45,436 nt of DNA from a virus (Duplodnaviria > Caudoviricetes): positions 1-45,436 of IMG/VR virus record IMGVR_UViG_3300012971_000010; one strand, given 5' to 3'. The translations under genes were made by a program, and so were the position numbers. Below the pieces are notes generated by a model. It did not search any database. It worked only from the letters and a program-made list of their open reading frames with translations, and was not told the origin of the DNA. Shown here in pieces: positions 35,296 through 44,982 of this stretch (the first letter of the stretch is position 1; each line of letters starts with the position of its first letter).

Positions 35296-35726
35296 CCGCG
35301 CTCGCAACCGAACGATTTAGGGGCGGCAAAAACGAAACTTGGAAGCATAAGCAATTCACGCTTGCCGCGGGCACTAAAGCCTATAAGGGCGGGCGCGCCG
35401 CTTTCGATCTCGCGTCGAGCGGTTTTACCAAGGTCGTCCCCGCAACGTCTAACGCCAATCTTATGGCGATCGGGATCTTCGATGAAACCGTCGACGCAAC
35501 GGCGGCGGCGAAGCTCGTTCAGGTCGACCTAGAGCGGGAGATCGTTCTCGAATGGTGGGCCAACGCGACGTCGACCGACGCGGTCGCCGCGACCGATGTC
35601 GGAAAGCTTTGCTACATGTTCGACGATCAAACGGTAACGATCACGTCGACGGGCCGATCGGTTTCCGGTCGGGTTTGGGCGGTCGATCCGGTTAAAGGGG
35701 TCGCCGTCGAGAAGGTCGTCCCATAA
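35292..35726 (+). CDS. Head decoration/cement protein
   Basis: Between scaffold and capsid; DVGKLCY..DDQTV.....GRS..GRV..VD pattern. Confidence 0.75.
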   Translation: MTALATERFRGGKNETWKHKQFTLAAGTKAYKGGRAAFDLASSGFTKVVPATSNANLMAIGIFDETVDATAAAKLVQVDLEREIVLEWWANATSTDAVAATDVGKLCYMFDDQTVTITSTGRSVSGRVWAVDPVKGVAVEKVVP

Positions 35727-35745
35727 CCGACGGGGGTAAACGCTC

Positions 35746-36822
35746 ATGGCCATCACACCTAGTTTCCTCTTCGATTTCGAAAGTAACATGCAAGCCATTA
35801 CCGAGAACGAGTACCAACGAATGGTCTCGGGTCTTTGGTGGCAAAGCGTTACGAAGGTTCGACCGTCGTCGAGCAAAAAAGAGATCATCGCGTGGCTTCT
35901 CTCGACCGCGCAAATTCGACCGACGGGCAAGGGCGGAAACCTCGCTTTTGATGATCTGGTCGCTCTCTATACGACCTTCGAAAACCTTCGCGCGGGTACT
36001 GGTCTCAAATTGAACAAAGACCAGCTTTCCGACCTCGACGGGAACGGGCTCGAGCTCGCCGCGAAATGGTCGGCCGACATCGGCGCATACATGGCGTATT
36101 GGCCACAGAAGCAAACGGTTTACATTCTGAAGAATGGCCATACCGCTTCGCTCGTGACCGGGTATGACGCGAAAGCGTTTTTTGCGACCGATCATCCGGT
36201 CAATCCGTACGACGCGAATGCGGGGACGTTTCAAAACATCTTCACGGGCGCGTCGGCGGCGGCGAGCGGAAACACGCCCGCGTATCCGGGCGCATGCCCG
36301 ATCGATGACTCGGTGTCGACCGACGTCGCTCTTTCGAATCTCTCGAAGATCTTTTCCTATATCAAGTCGATTCGCATGCCGAACGGGGAAGATCCGCGGT
36401 TTCTCACGCCGCGAACGTTGCTTTGCGGGCCCCGTCTCTACCCGCGCGCCGTGCAATTGACTAGCGCGAAATTCCTCGCGCAAGTCGCGGGCACGGGCGC
36501 GGCGCAAGGCGGAAGCGGCGACGTCGAGGCTTTGATCAAAGCCCTCGGCTTCGCTACTCCGATCCTGGTCGACGAGCTCGCGGGCTTCGAGAGCGACACG
36601 ACCTTTTTCGTCGGATGTCAAGAGGCGGCGACGTCGCAACTTGGTGCGATCGTCTACGTCGAGCGGGATCCGTTTACGATTACCTATTACACGGGCTCGG
36701 GCGGCGGAACGGGCGTCGATGCCATTCTAGATCGAGCTCTTGAGCTCGAATGGCATTGCCAAGGGCGCAACGTGACCGGGCCCGGGCACCCGTATTTGAT
36801 GTTTAAGGGGAAAGGATCCTGA
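35746..36822 (+). CDS. Major capsid protein (Mu gpT-like)
   Basis: S....E...WL, YDAKAFFATDHPVN, P..L.CGP.L...A..L pattern; position. Confidence 0.88.
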   Translation: MAITPSFLFDFESNMQAITENEYQRMVSGLWWQSVTKVRPSSSKKEIIAWLLSTAQIRPTGKGGNLAFDDLVALYTTFENLRAGTGLKLNKDQLSDLDGNGLELAAKWSADIGAYMAYWPQKQTVYILKNGHTASLVTGYDAKAFFATDHPVNPYDANAGTFQNIFTGASAAASGNTPAYPGACPIDDSVSTDVALSNLSKIFSYIKSIRMPNGEDPRFLTPRTLLCGPRLYPRAVQLTSAKFLAQVAGTGAAQGGSGDVEALIKALGFATPILVDELAGFESDTTFFVGCQEAATSQLGAIVYVERDPFTITYYTGSGGGTGVDAILDRALELEWHCQGRNVTGPGHPYLMFKGKGS

Positions 36823-36840
36823 GAACGGGAAGGGGATCGC

Positions 36841-37302
36841 GTGGCTTATCTCGATGTCGCCGAATTTACAACGCTCTCGATCATGCCGCCCGACGGTGTC
36901 GCCGAGGTCGAAGCCACGCATCCAGGCTTTATCTCGGCGGCGCTCGCCGAATGGTCGAGCCGTATGGATTCGGTACTTCGTAAAAGGTATGCCGTCCCTT
37001 TTACCGAGCCGCCCGAAGTCGTTAAAGGATGGCTCGCCCGGCTCGTAACGGTTCGAGTCTACGGCGCCCGCGGTTTCAATCCGAGCGACGCTCAATCGGC
37101 GTGGATTGAAAAAGACGCCGAATCGGCATGGAACGAGATCCGCGAAGCGGCCGACTCGAAAGACGGGCTTTACGACTTGCCGATCTCCCCGACCGTTGCG
37201 AGCTCGGCCGTCGTCGACGGCGGGCCGCTCGGTGTCGCCGAAACGAGCCCTTACCTGTGGACCGATATGCAGCGGGAAAATGCGGAAGATGGCCACCATT
37301 AG
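36841..37302 (+). CDS. Head-tail adaptor (Mu gp36/DUF1320-like)
   Basis: MAYL...S..MDS.L.KRY.VPF..PP. Confidence 0.8.
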   Translation: MAYLDVAEFTTLSIMPPDGVAEVEATHPGFISAALAEWSSRMDSVLRKRYAVPFTEPPEVVKGWLARLVTVRVYGARGFNPSDAQSAWIEKDAESAWNEIREAADSKDGLYDLPISPTVASSAVVDGGPLGVAETSPYLWTDMQRENAEDGHH

Positions 37303-37696
37303 CGCGGGCAATGCACAGATCGACCGGATGATCACGCAAATCCGCGGGCTAAAGCGGCTCGTCGTCGAGTCGGCGCCCGACGTTGCGAAAATGATGGAGC
37401 GCACGCTCGCGGCGAATATCAAGAAAGCGATCGACCCGTACGGGAAACCTTGGAAGCCGACCCTTTCAGGGGATCCGCCGCTTGACGGTGCGATGAAGGC
37501 GATCCGGGTACGAGCGATCGAAACCGTCGTTGTCGTGACCCTTACCGGGATCGAGATCTTGCACCATTTCGGCCGAGCTCGCGGGGGGATTCAACGGATG
37601 ATCATCCCCATTCGAAAGATCCCCGACGCGATGAACAGGGGGATCATCGACGCTCTAACCCGACGCTTTCAAGCGATGACCGAAGCGGGGGCGTAG
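37289..37696 (+). CDS. Virion morphogenesis/neck protein (Mu gpG-like)
   Basis: DPYGKPWKP, HHFG...R.IIP motifs. Confidence 0.7.
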   Translation: MATISAGNAQIDRMITQIRGLKRLVVESAPDVAKMMERTLAANIKKAIDPYGKPWKPTLSGDPPLDGAMKAIRVRAIETVVVVTLTGIEILHHFGRARGGIQRMIIPIRKIPDAMNRGIIDALTRRFQAMTEAGA

Positions 37697-37697
37697 G

Positions 37698-38264
37698 ATG
37701 ACCGACGCTCTCGCCGTCTCGAAGCTCTTCGCGGATGTCTCGGCCGATCTTGCCGAGCACGCCATTACCGCTAACGTCGTCTTCGGTTGGCGCGAGCTCG
37801 CGAAGCAGGTTAACCAAGGGCCCGGGCAGGCTAATCGCGTCGTCTTCGTGCCCGGCACCGTCCCCGACGGCGACATGGGGAAGGATCTCCCCGCTCGCAA
37901 TCCGGGCCGGGTACCGCGCCCGATCGCCACCGTCGCCGAGATCGTAACGATCGAGGTTTGGGGATACGACGCGAGCGCCCCCGAAAACGAGCTCAAACAA
38001 TACGAGGCGGCGCGCTTCCTTTACGACGCCGTGCGCGCCGCGGTCTACCGCTCTTCGCACGGTACCTACACGATCGAGGGGCAAAATTGGGTTACCGAGA
38101 AAACCGAGCGACGCTTCGGCGCGGCAATCCGAATCGAGCTCGCCATACAAGCCATGATCCCCGACGCGCCGCCGTCTTGGGTCTACGCCCCGCAACCGAT
38201 CACGGCGACATCCGAAGACGTGATCGCCTTACCGGGCGGCGACGAGATCGCTTGCCAAACCTGA
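37698..38264 (+). CDS. Tail terminator/completion protein
   Basis: Position before sheath; size. Confidence 0.55.
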   Translation: MTDALAVSKLFADVSADLAEHAITANVVFGWRELAKQVNQGPGQANRVVFVPGTVPDGDMGKDLPARNPGRVPRPIATVAEIVTIEVWGYDASAPENELKQYEAARFLYDAVRAAVYRSSHGTYTIEGQNWVTEKTERRFGAAIRIELAIQAMIPDAPPSWVYAPQPITATSEDVIALPGGDEIACQT

Positions 38265-38282
38265 AAGCAAAGGGGGAAGACG

Positions 38283-39737
38283 ATGACTTTACCCGACGTA
38301 ATTATCACGCAACTTGACGGCGCCCTCGGGATCCTTCCCCCGTCGGCAGGGAAAATGCTCGCCGTGCTCGGGGTCGCCGACTCGGGCCCGGTCGCAACGC
38401 CCGCGGCGTTTGCGCGGATCGTCGATCTGCAATCGAATTTTGGGGGCGGGCCCGCGGTCGAAGCGGCGAGCTATGCGATCGAGAATTACGGGCGCCCGGT
38501 CATCTTCTGTCGAGCGACGGCGACGACCCCGGGCGCGCAAGGGACGATCGACGTAACGCACGTGACGGGAACGAGCGTCGTTACAAATACCGTCGGCGCA
38601 ACGGCCAACGACGACTATGAAGTGAAGGTCGTTATTACGACGGGCGGCACCCGCGGCACGGCGGGGATCGTCTACAAATACAGTCTTGACGGGGGGCGCA
38701 CGTACTCGACGCTAACCGCGCTCGGTACCAGCGTAGCGATTGCGATCCCCAATTCGGGGGGCGTTTCCTTCGATCTCGGCGCCGGAACGTTTATCGCGGG
38801 CGATTACTGGACGGCGCGCACGACCGCGCCGCTTTGGTCGAGCTCGGATCTAGGCGCGGCGCTCGACGCCCTGAAAAATACCAATCTCTCATGGGAATTT
38901 GTCGAGGTCGTCGGAAACATCGACGCGACCGCCTTCGGCGTACTCGAGACGAAGCTAAACTCGATGGCGTCGGCGGGGAAATATCGTTGGGCCATGGGGC
39001 ATCCCCGCATGCCGAATGCTGGCGAAAGCGAGACCGCTTACAAAACGGCGATGGACGGGATCTTCGGCTCGCTCGCATCGAAGCAGATCTCGCTTTGGCC
39101 CGCGGGCTCGAAGACGATTTCGAGCGTGTCGGCGCGCAACTATCGGCGCCCCCCGAGCTTTTCGATCGCCGCAAAACACTCGGCAGTATCAGAGGAAATC
39201 AACGTCGCGGCGATCGACGAGGGCCCGATCCCGGGCGTTCAAATTCGCGACGCAAACGGCAATCCCGACGAGCACGACGAAGCGGTAAATCCCGGGCTCG
39301 ACGACTCGCGCTTCGGCACGCTTCGCACATGGGACGGTTACCCGGGCGTCTACGTGACTTGGCCCCGTATCCTCGCCCCCGTCGGAAGCGATTTTCAGAT
39401 CATCCCCTATCGGCGGGTAATGAATCTCTTTTGCGAGACGGTGCGAAATTACATGCTTCTACGGATCGCCAAGCCGATCCGTGTCGATAAAGACTCGGGC
39501 TTTATTCTCGAGGAAGACGCCCTCGAAATCGAGTCGGGCGTACTCGCGCAACTTCGCGCCGTGCTCTTGACCAAGCCGAAGGCAAGCGCCGTGCAATTCG
39601 TGCTTTCCCGTACCGATAACCTTCTCTCGACGCAAACGCTTACGGGCGACGGGCGCTTGGTGCCGCTCGCATACCCGAAATTCATCGCTGTAACGCTCGG
39701 CTTTAACAATCCGGCTCTTCGAGCCGTCTCGGTGTGA
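38283..39737 (+). CDS. Contractile tail sheath protein
   Basis: LP.V.I...DGALG N-terminus; LDDSRF..LRTW.GYPGVY.....L...GSDF..I.YRRVM. Confidence 0.88.
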   Translation: MTLPDVIITQLDGALGILPPSAGKMLAVLGVADSGPVATPAAFARIVDLQSNFGGGPAVEAASYAIENYGRPVIFCRATATTPGAQGTIDVTHVTGTSVVTNTVGATANDDYEVKVVITTGGTRGTAGIVYKYSLDGGRTYSTLTALGTSVAIAIPNSGGVSFDLGAGTFIAGDYWTARTTAPLWSSSDLGAALDALKNTNLSWEFVEVVGNIDATAFGVLETKLNSMASAGKYRWAMGHPRMPNAGESETAYKTAMDGIFGSLASKQISLWPAGSKTISSVSARNYRRPPSFSIAAKHSAVSEEINVAAIDEGPIPGVQIRDANGNPDEHDEAVNPGLDDSRFGTLRTWDGYPGVYVTWPRILAPVGSDFQIIPYRRVMNLFCETVRNYMLLRIAKPIRVDKDSGFILEEDALEIESGVLAQLRAVLLTKPKASAVQFVLSRTDNLLSTQTLTGDGRLVPLAYPKFIAVTLGFNNPALRAVSV

Positions 39738-39749
39738 TCGGGGGTCCAT

Positions 39750-40220
39750 ATGTCCGACGCCATTCGAGTTAACGGCAATCAATATTCATGGGGATCGATC
39801 CTGTTCAAGGTCGACGGCGATCCCTTCTACGGTTTCACGGCGATTAGCTGGGCTGAAAAGCGCGAGCGGGTGCCCGCCTATGGCATGGGGAAGCACCAAG
39901 CCCCGCGGGGGATGTCGCGGGGTAAATACACCGCCGAGAGCGCGAAGGTTACGGGCTGGAAAGGAAGCGTCCAGGCTTTGCGCGCCGCGCTCGCCGATTC
40001 GAAGGGCAATTACGGCGATAAGATTTTTCAGGGCGTGATCCAGTACGTCGAGAGCGACGAAGAGCCGATCACGGAAGAGCTCGTGAATTGCCGGTGGGGC
40101 GGCACGACGACCAGCCATGAGGAAAGCGGCGACCCGCTTAAGGAAGATTTCGAAATTCAATTCGAATACGGGAAGCGCAACGGGCTTACCCTTTTCGACA
40201 ATTCCGACGGGGCGAGGTGA
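39750..40220 (+). CDS. Tail tube protein
   Basis: NG..YSWGSI.......G.TAISW.E.......YG.G...P.G..RGKY; follows sheath. Confidence 0.85.
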   Translation: MSDAIRVNGNQYSWGSILFKVDGDPFYGFTAISWAEKRERVPAYGMGKHQAPRGMSRGKYTAESAKVTGWKGSVQALRAALADSKGNYGDKIFQGVIQYVESDEEPITEELVNCRWGGTTTSHEESGDPLKEDFEIQFEYGKRNGLTLFDNSDGAR

Positions 40221-40224
40221 ATAG

Positions 40225-40704
40225 ATGAGCGCCGTAGTGAAGGATCTTTTGACCGACGAGCAACGCGAGGAAAGAGATCTCGAAGCGAAGGTCGAAGCGG
40301 CTCGAGCCGCCCGCGACGAGCTCGAAAAAAAGAACGAGGGGCGCCGACGTCTCGAGCGTTTGCGCGAGGAAGCGGCGGCGGAAGAGCGGGGCCTTTTCGA
40401 AGCGCAAAAGCTAATCGAGCTCGAAGCCGCGCACGGCCCGCTCGGCAAGGCGATCCGTCGGGTCAATACGTCGGAAGGAATGATCGTCGTAAAAAAGCCG
40501 AATCATGTGCTTTTCCAAAAGTACCAAGACAAGGGGGCGACCGATACGGAAGCGTTGCAAAAGCTCGTACGCCCTTGCCTCGTCTATCCGGATAAGGCGA
40601 GCTTCGACCGCATTTGCGAAGAGGCGCCCGCCTCGCTCTTGAAATGTGCCAATGCCGTTTGCGCCCTCGCGGGGATCGGCAGGGAGGAAATCGCGGGAAA
40701 ATAA
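40225..40704 (+). CDS. Tail assembly chaperone (gpG-like)
   Basis: Between tube and tape measure; ends at a slippery site. Confidence 0.75.
   Translation: MSAVVKDLLTDEQREERDLEAKVEAARAARDELEKKNEGRRRLERLREEAAAEERGLFEAQKLIELEAAHGPLGKAIRRVNTSEGMIVVKKPNHVLFQKYQDKGATDTEALQKLVRPCLVYPDKASFDRICEEAPASLLKCANAVCALAGIGREEIAGK
40695..40701 (+). other. -1 ribosomal frameshift heptamer G GGA AAA
   Basis: In X XXY YYZ phase just before TAA; -1 frame open to 40886. Confidence 0.8.
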
Positions 40705-40886
40705 GGGAGCTACGGGGGCGGGCGCGCCAAGATCTCGGCATTGCGGCCGAATGCCTCCGTAGCTTGATCAAAGGGGACCGAAGCGAAAGCGGATATGTGC
40801 GAGCGATGGTCGGGGCCGTGCTGGTCGCCGAGGGGTTGAACGAGCTTCGTAATATCCGGCGCCTTTTGACGCCGAAGGATAGCTAG
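40701..40886 (+). CDS. Frameshift extension of the tail chaperone (gpGT-like)
   Basis: -1 frame IRELRGRARQDLG...LLTPKDS fills the gap to the tape measure gene. Confidence 0.7.
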   Translation: MRELRGRARQDLGIAAECLRSLIKGDRSESGYVRAMVGAVLVAEGLNELRNIRRLLTPKDS

Positions 40887-40890
40887 GGCG

Positions 40891-42615
40891 ATGGCGAGCA
40901 ACGCAAATACCGCGACATTCTCAGTCGAGCTCGAAGACGATACGAGCGGTGCGGCCGAGAGCGCGGCGAGCTCGCTGGAAAAGCTCAAGACGAAGATTAA
41001 CGAAGACGTCGCCGCCCTTAAGTCAATGCAGCAAGCCATGCGAAATCTGCAAGGCGGCGCGTCGGTCAATATCGAAAGCTTTCGAGCTCTAAAAGACGCC
41101 ATCGCCGCGAAAAAGGAAAGCGTCGCCGCAAATCAGCAAAAGTTTCTAGAGCTCGGGGGGACGTTTCGAGCTCTAAAGCCATCGGCCAAGGGCGCCGAGT
41201 CGGGCTTTAAAGACTTGCTCGAAGCGGTCAAGGCGGGCGCGGGCCCGCTCGGGGGATTCATCGGGCAAGCCAAAGACGTCTCGAAGGCGCTCGGTACGCT
41301 CGGGCTCGCGGGCGCCGCGGTTATCGCCGTCGCCGCCGTCGCCGCGCTTACGGCGGCGCTCGTCGCGGGCTTTGTGGCGCTCGCCAAGTTTGCGCTCGTA
41401 TCGTCCGACGCGGCGCGGTCGCAAGCGATTTTGATCGAAGGGCTTACGGGCAGCAAAGAAGGCGCGGCCGAATTACAGGGGGCGATCGACGAAGTGTCGG
41501 CGTCGGTGGCGATCGGCTCGGATGAAGTCGGGAAGCTCGCGAAGGATCTCTATGCGTCGGGGCTTCGCGGGGCCGAGCTCAAGACGGCGCTTCAAGGGGC
41601 GGCGCTCGCCGCTAGCGGGCTCGGGAAAGAGGGCGGCGCGAAAGCCATGGCGCTAGCGGCGCGGCAATTGCTCGCGCTCGACGTCCAAGCAAAGAAGCTG
41701 AAAGAGCACACGGCGAACCTTTTCGCGGGCGTCAATATCGAGCCATTTTTACGAGCTCTAAAGGACGTCCTTTCAGTCTTCGACGAAACGACGTCGACGG
41801 GCCGGGCGCTCAAGATCCTTGTTACCGGGATTTTCGATCCGATCTTCGCGGCAACCGAGAAATACGGGCCCGTCGTAAAAGCCTTTTTTCAAGGGATGGT
41901 CATCGGCGCCCTACTCTTCGGGATCGCCGTTCTCAAGATCCGAAACTTCTTTCGCGAGACGTTCGGAAGCGAGACGAAAGAGGGGATCGACCTGATAACG
42001 CTTGCGACCAATGCGGGCGTGATCGTAATGGGGGCGCTCGTCGGCGCGCTTAGCGGGCTCGCCCTCGCGCTCGGGCTGGTCGCGGGGATCGCGTACGCCG
42101 TGATCTATCCCTTCGTTGCATTCTTCGAATTGCTCGGCAATTTGTGGGATTTCGCTTCGTCGATCGACTGGTCGGCGCTAGGGACGTCGATCGTCGATGG
42201 CATCATCGAAGGGATCCAGGGCGGGATCTCGAAGGTCGGGGGCGCGATCGTGAATTTGGGAAAGAGCGCCGTCGCTTCGCTCGAATCGGCGCTAGGTATC
42301 GGCTCGCCGTCGAAAGTCTTCGCGCTTCAAGGGATGGCTTCGGCCGAAGGCTACGCGCAAGGCGTCGAGCAAGGCGGGCCGACGGTCGATGCGGCCGTTG
42401 GTGATATGGTCGGGATCCCCGCGGCGAGCTCGCCGACGGGCGGCGCCGTTGCAAACGACAATAGCGGAAACCGCGGGCCGATTTCGATCACGATCTACGC
42501 CCCCGACGGCGACGCGAAAACGATCGGCGACGAGGTTAGGAAGGTTCTCGCCGACATTCTCGAAGGGGAAGCCATACAAATGGCGTCGCCCCTCGAAGCA
42601 GGGGGATCGCCGTGA
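40891..42615 (+). CDS. Tape measure protein
   Basis: Ala/Gly helical, hydrophobic segments, LGIGSPSKVF motif. Confidence 0.88.
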   Translation: MASNANTATFSVELEDDTSGAAESAASSLEKLKTKINEDVAALKSMQQAMRNLQGGASVNIESFRALKDAIAAKKESVAANQQKFLELGGTFRALKPSAKGAESGFKDLLEAVKAGAGPLGGFIGQAKDVSKALGTLGLAGAAVIAVAAVAALTAALVAGFVALAKFALVSSDAARSQAILIEGLTGSKEGAAELQGAIDEVSASVAIGSDEVGKLAKDLYASGLRGAELKTALQGAALAASGLGKEGGAKAMALAARQLLALDVQAKKLKEHTANLFAGVNIEPFLRALKDVLSVFDETTSTGRALKILVTGIFDPIFAATEKYGPVVKAFFQGMVIGALLFGIAVLKIRNFFRETFGSETKEGIDLITLATNAGVIVMGALVGALSGLALALGLVAGIAYAVIYPFVAFFELLGNLWDFASSIDWSALGTSIVDGIIEGIQGGISKVGGAIVNLGKSAVASLESALGIGSPSKVFALQGMASAEGYAQGVEQGGPTVDAAVGDMVGIPAASSPTGGAVANDNSGNRGPISITIYAPDGDAKTIGDEVRKVLADILEGEAIQMASPLEAGGSP

Positions 42616-43145
42616 ATCTCATTAGCGATCCGGTTAATTACTTTCTATTGAACGGGCGGCGCTCGCCCGGGATCGCCGAATTTCCGTCGGGCGCGTCGGC
42701 GCCGCGCAAATGGGATCCGCGCAAGGGTTACGGGCTTTCGGGCGGCGGGATCGTCTACACGGGCGACGACCTCGCAAAATTCACCGTACGGATCTCGCTC
42801 TTTTCTGACGACGACTGGACGGCATGGGATGCATTCGCGCCGCTTGTCTTGAAGCCTCCGAGCGGCACGAAGCCGAAGGCGATGGACATATGGCACCCGA
42901 TAACCGAAGCGTTTTTGATTCGCTCGGTTGTCGTCGAAGACTTGACGGGGCCGACGCAAAGCGACGCGGGCGTGTGGGCTTGGGAAGTGAAATTTATTCA
43001 GTACCGCCCGCCGAAGCCTGCCATTGCGAAACCGACGGCGTCGACGGCGAAGCCCGAGCCGCCGAAGAGCGCCAACGACATTTTGATCGATCGGCTTTCC
43101 TCGCAATTTCAATCGCTTTTGAATCCCCCCCCGAGGGCGCCGTAA
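42612..43145 (+). CDS. Baseplate tube-initiator-like protein
   Basis: Position after tape measure; GTGA overlap. Confidence 0.55.
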   Translation: MNLISDPVNYFLLNGRRSPGIAEFPSGASAPRKWDPRKGYGLSGGGIVYTGDDLAKFTVRISLFSDDDWTAWDAFAPLVLKPPSGTKPKAMDIWHPITEAFLIRSVVVEDLTGPTQSDAGVWAWEVKFIQYRPPKPAIAKPTASTAKPEPPKSANDILIDRLSSQFQSLLNPPPRAP

Positions 43146-44293
43146 TGCCCGAGCTCTTCGCTTCGCTCGAAGGTCGGCGGGTCACGGGCGCTCGCGTGCT
43201 CGTGCCGAACGTTGGATCATGGTTCGCCGATTGCGATCTAGATGAGCGGGTCGAGCTCGCGGGCCGGGTCACCTTGCAGATCGGCCCGCTCACGCTCTCG
43301 GGCACCGTATCCGATAGCTTCTCGGGATCCTTCGGCGAAGCGACGAAGATTCGGATCGTCGCGGGCGCCAATGGCTGGTCGAAGGAAGTCGCCGCCAAGG
43401 CGTACCATAACGACGCGGGCGTAAAAGCGGCGACGGTTCTCGGCGACGCGGCTCGAGCCGTCGGGGAAACGATTACGGGGGCGCCGGATACCCGGCTCGG
43501 GGCCGACTTCGTGCGCGTCGCCGGGCCCGCGTCGCGGGTGCTTTCACAGGTACTCTACGGCGGGCCTTGGTGGCTTGATTACGAGGGCGTAACCCATTTC
43601 GAAGAGCGCCCGACGCAAGAGGTCGCGGGCGCCGTCGACCTTTTGACCTTCGACCAACGCGAGCAAGTGATCACGCTTGCGACCGACGACCCGCGGGCCG
43701 TGCGCGTCGGAACGATCCTTCGAGAGCGCCTCGACGCCCCCGAAACGGCGCGGGCGATCGAGCTCATTATGTCGGCGGGCAAGCTTCGGATCCTTGCTTG
43801 GTCGGGCGGCGCGCCCGGCTCGCCCTCGCGAATCGTTCGAGCTCTTCGGGCCGTGGCTCGAGAGACTACCGAGCCGGTTACGAAGTTTCACGGGCTCTAC
43901 CGTTACCGCGTCGTGCGGATGTCGGGCGACCGCGTCGAGCTTCAAGCGGTAAGGAAGCTCGCGGGGCTTCCCGACGTTTTGCCCGTGTCGCTCTTCGCGG
44001 GAATGGCTGGGCTTTGGGCGAAGCTCGCGCCCTCGTCGCTCGTGCTCGTGACCTTCATCGAAGGGGATCCGACGGCGCCGATTCTCACGCACTACACGCC
44101 GAAAGACCATCCGGGCTTTGTGCCCGTCGAGCTCTTGCTAGACGCTTCGACCCGGCTCGACCTCGGGCCGAGCTCGGCGACGGTACGGATCGCCGCGGGG
44201 ATCCTGCCCGCGGCGCGGCAGACGGATCCCGTGCAATGCGGGCCCTTTATCGGAACGATTACGGCGGGCTCGCCGAAAGTGACGGTCGGCTAA
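43145..44293 (+). CDS. Fused baseplate hub + spike protein (VgrG-like architecture)
   Basis: Hub-like N-terminus (VL.D.A...G, WWLD..G); OB-fold VLVTFIEGDPTAP; ends GTITAGSPKVTVG. Confidence 0.7.
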   Translation: MPELFASLEGRRVTGARVLVPNVGSWFADCDLDERVELAGRVTLQIGPLTLSGTVSDSFSGSFGEATKIRIVAGANGWSKEVAAKAYHNDAGVKAATVLGDAARAVGETITGAPDTRLGADFVRVAGPASRVLSQVLYGGPWWLDYEGVTHFEERPTQEVAGAVDLLTFDQREQVITLATDDPRAVRVGTILRERLDAPETARAIELIMSAGKLRILAWSGGAPGSPSRIVRALRAVARETTEPVTKFHGLYRYRVVRMSGDRVELQAVRKLAGLPDVLPVSLFAGMAGLWAKLAPSSLVLVTFIEGDPTAPILTHYTPKDHPGFVPVELLLDASTRLDLGPSSATVRIAAGILPAARQTDPVQCGPFIGTITAGSPKVTVG

Positions 44294-44521
44294 ATGGCGC
44301 TCTCGGCTTCTCGGCTTTCTCTCGCGATACGAACGGCACTAGGGGCCCGCGCATGGGTTGACCCCGACGGGCCCGAGCTCGAATCGTTTTGTGACGACAT
44401 CGCAAACGCCGTGATCGCGGAAATTGTGGCCAATGGCATTGTGACCGTGCCCGGTACCGGTCTCACGGCGCCCCCGAGCGGGGGGCCCGTAACGGGCGTG
44501 GCCATAGGGACGATCTCATGA
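44294..44521 (+). CDS. Small baseplate/spike-associated protein
   Basis: Abuts the spike gene; GGPVTG.A.GTI end. Confidence 0.6.
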   Translation: MALSASRLSLAIRTALGARAWVDPDGPELESFCDDIANAVIAEIVANGIVTVPGTGLTAPPSGGPVTGVAIGTIS

Positions 44522-44982
44522 GCTACACGACCGATCTAATCAATACGCGGATCGCCGCGCTCTCGCACGACTTCGAGACGCCGACGGGGGATTTTGGCTT
44601 CGGGTCGGATCTCTATTGCGACAACGACTTAACGGCGATGATGGACGAAGTCGACGGCGACTCAATCTTGGCCGTCGGTCAAGCGGACTATCGGCGATTG
44701 ACGACCGCCCGCGGCTCGCTCGTCGATGACGAGGATTATGGAAGGGACGTTCGCGACATGCTCGCGACCGGGCAGACGTCGGATCAAGTCTTGGCGTTTT
44801 CGGGCCAGATTCGGAACGAGCTTCGAAAGGACGACCGACACGAATCGATTGACGAAGTGACCTTTACGGGCACGGGCGAAGCCTTCGACTTGAAGATCCG
44901 CGCCACCATTGCCGCGGGCCCGTACACGCTCACGCTCGCGATTACCGATAGCGCCACGATTCTAAAGGAACTAGCCGCATGA
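44518..44982 (+). CDS. Baseplate wedge protein (gp25/Mu gp46-like)
   Basis: Q...RRL.T.RG.L....DYG.....L.....I..EL.KD.R. Confidence 0.75.
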   Translation: MSYTTDLINTRIAALSHDFETPTGDFGFGSDLYCDNDLTAMMDEVDGDSILAVGQADYRRLTTARGSLVDDEDYGRDVRDMLATGQTSDQVLAFSGQIRNELRKDDRHESIDEVTFTGTGEAFDLKIRATIAAGPYTLTLAITDSATILKELAA

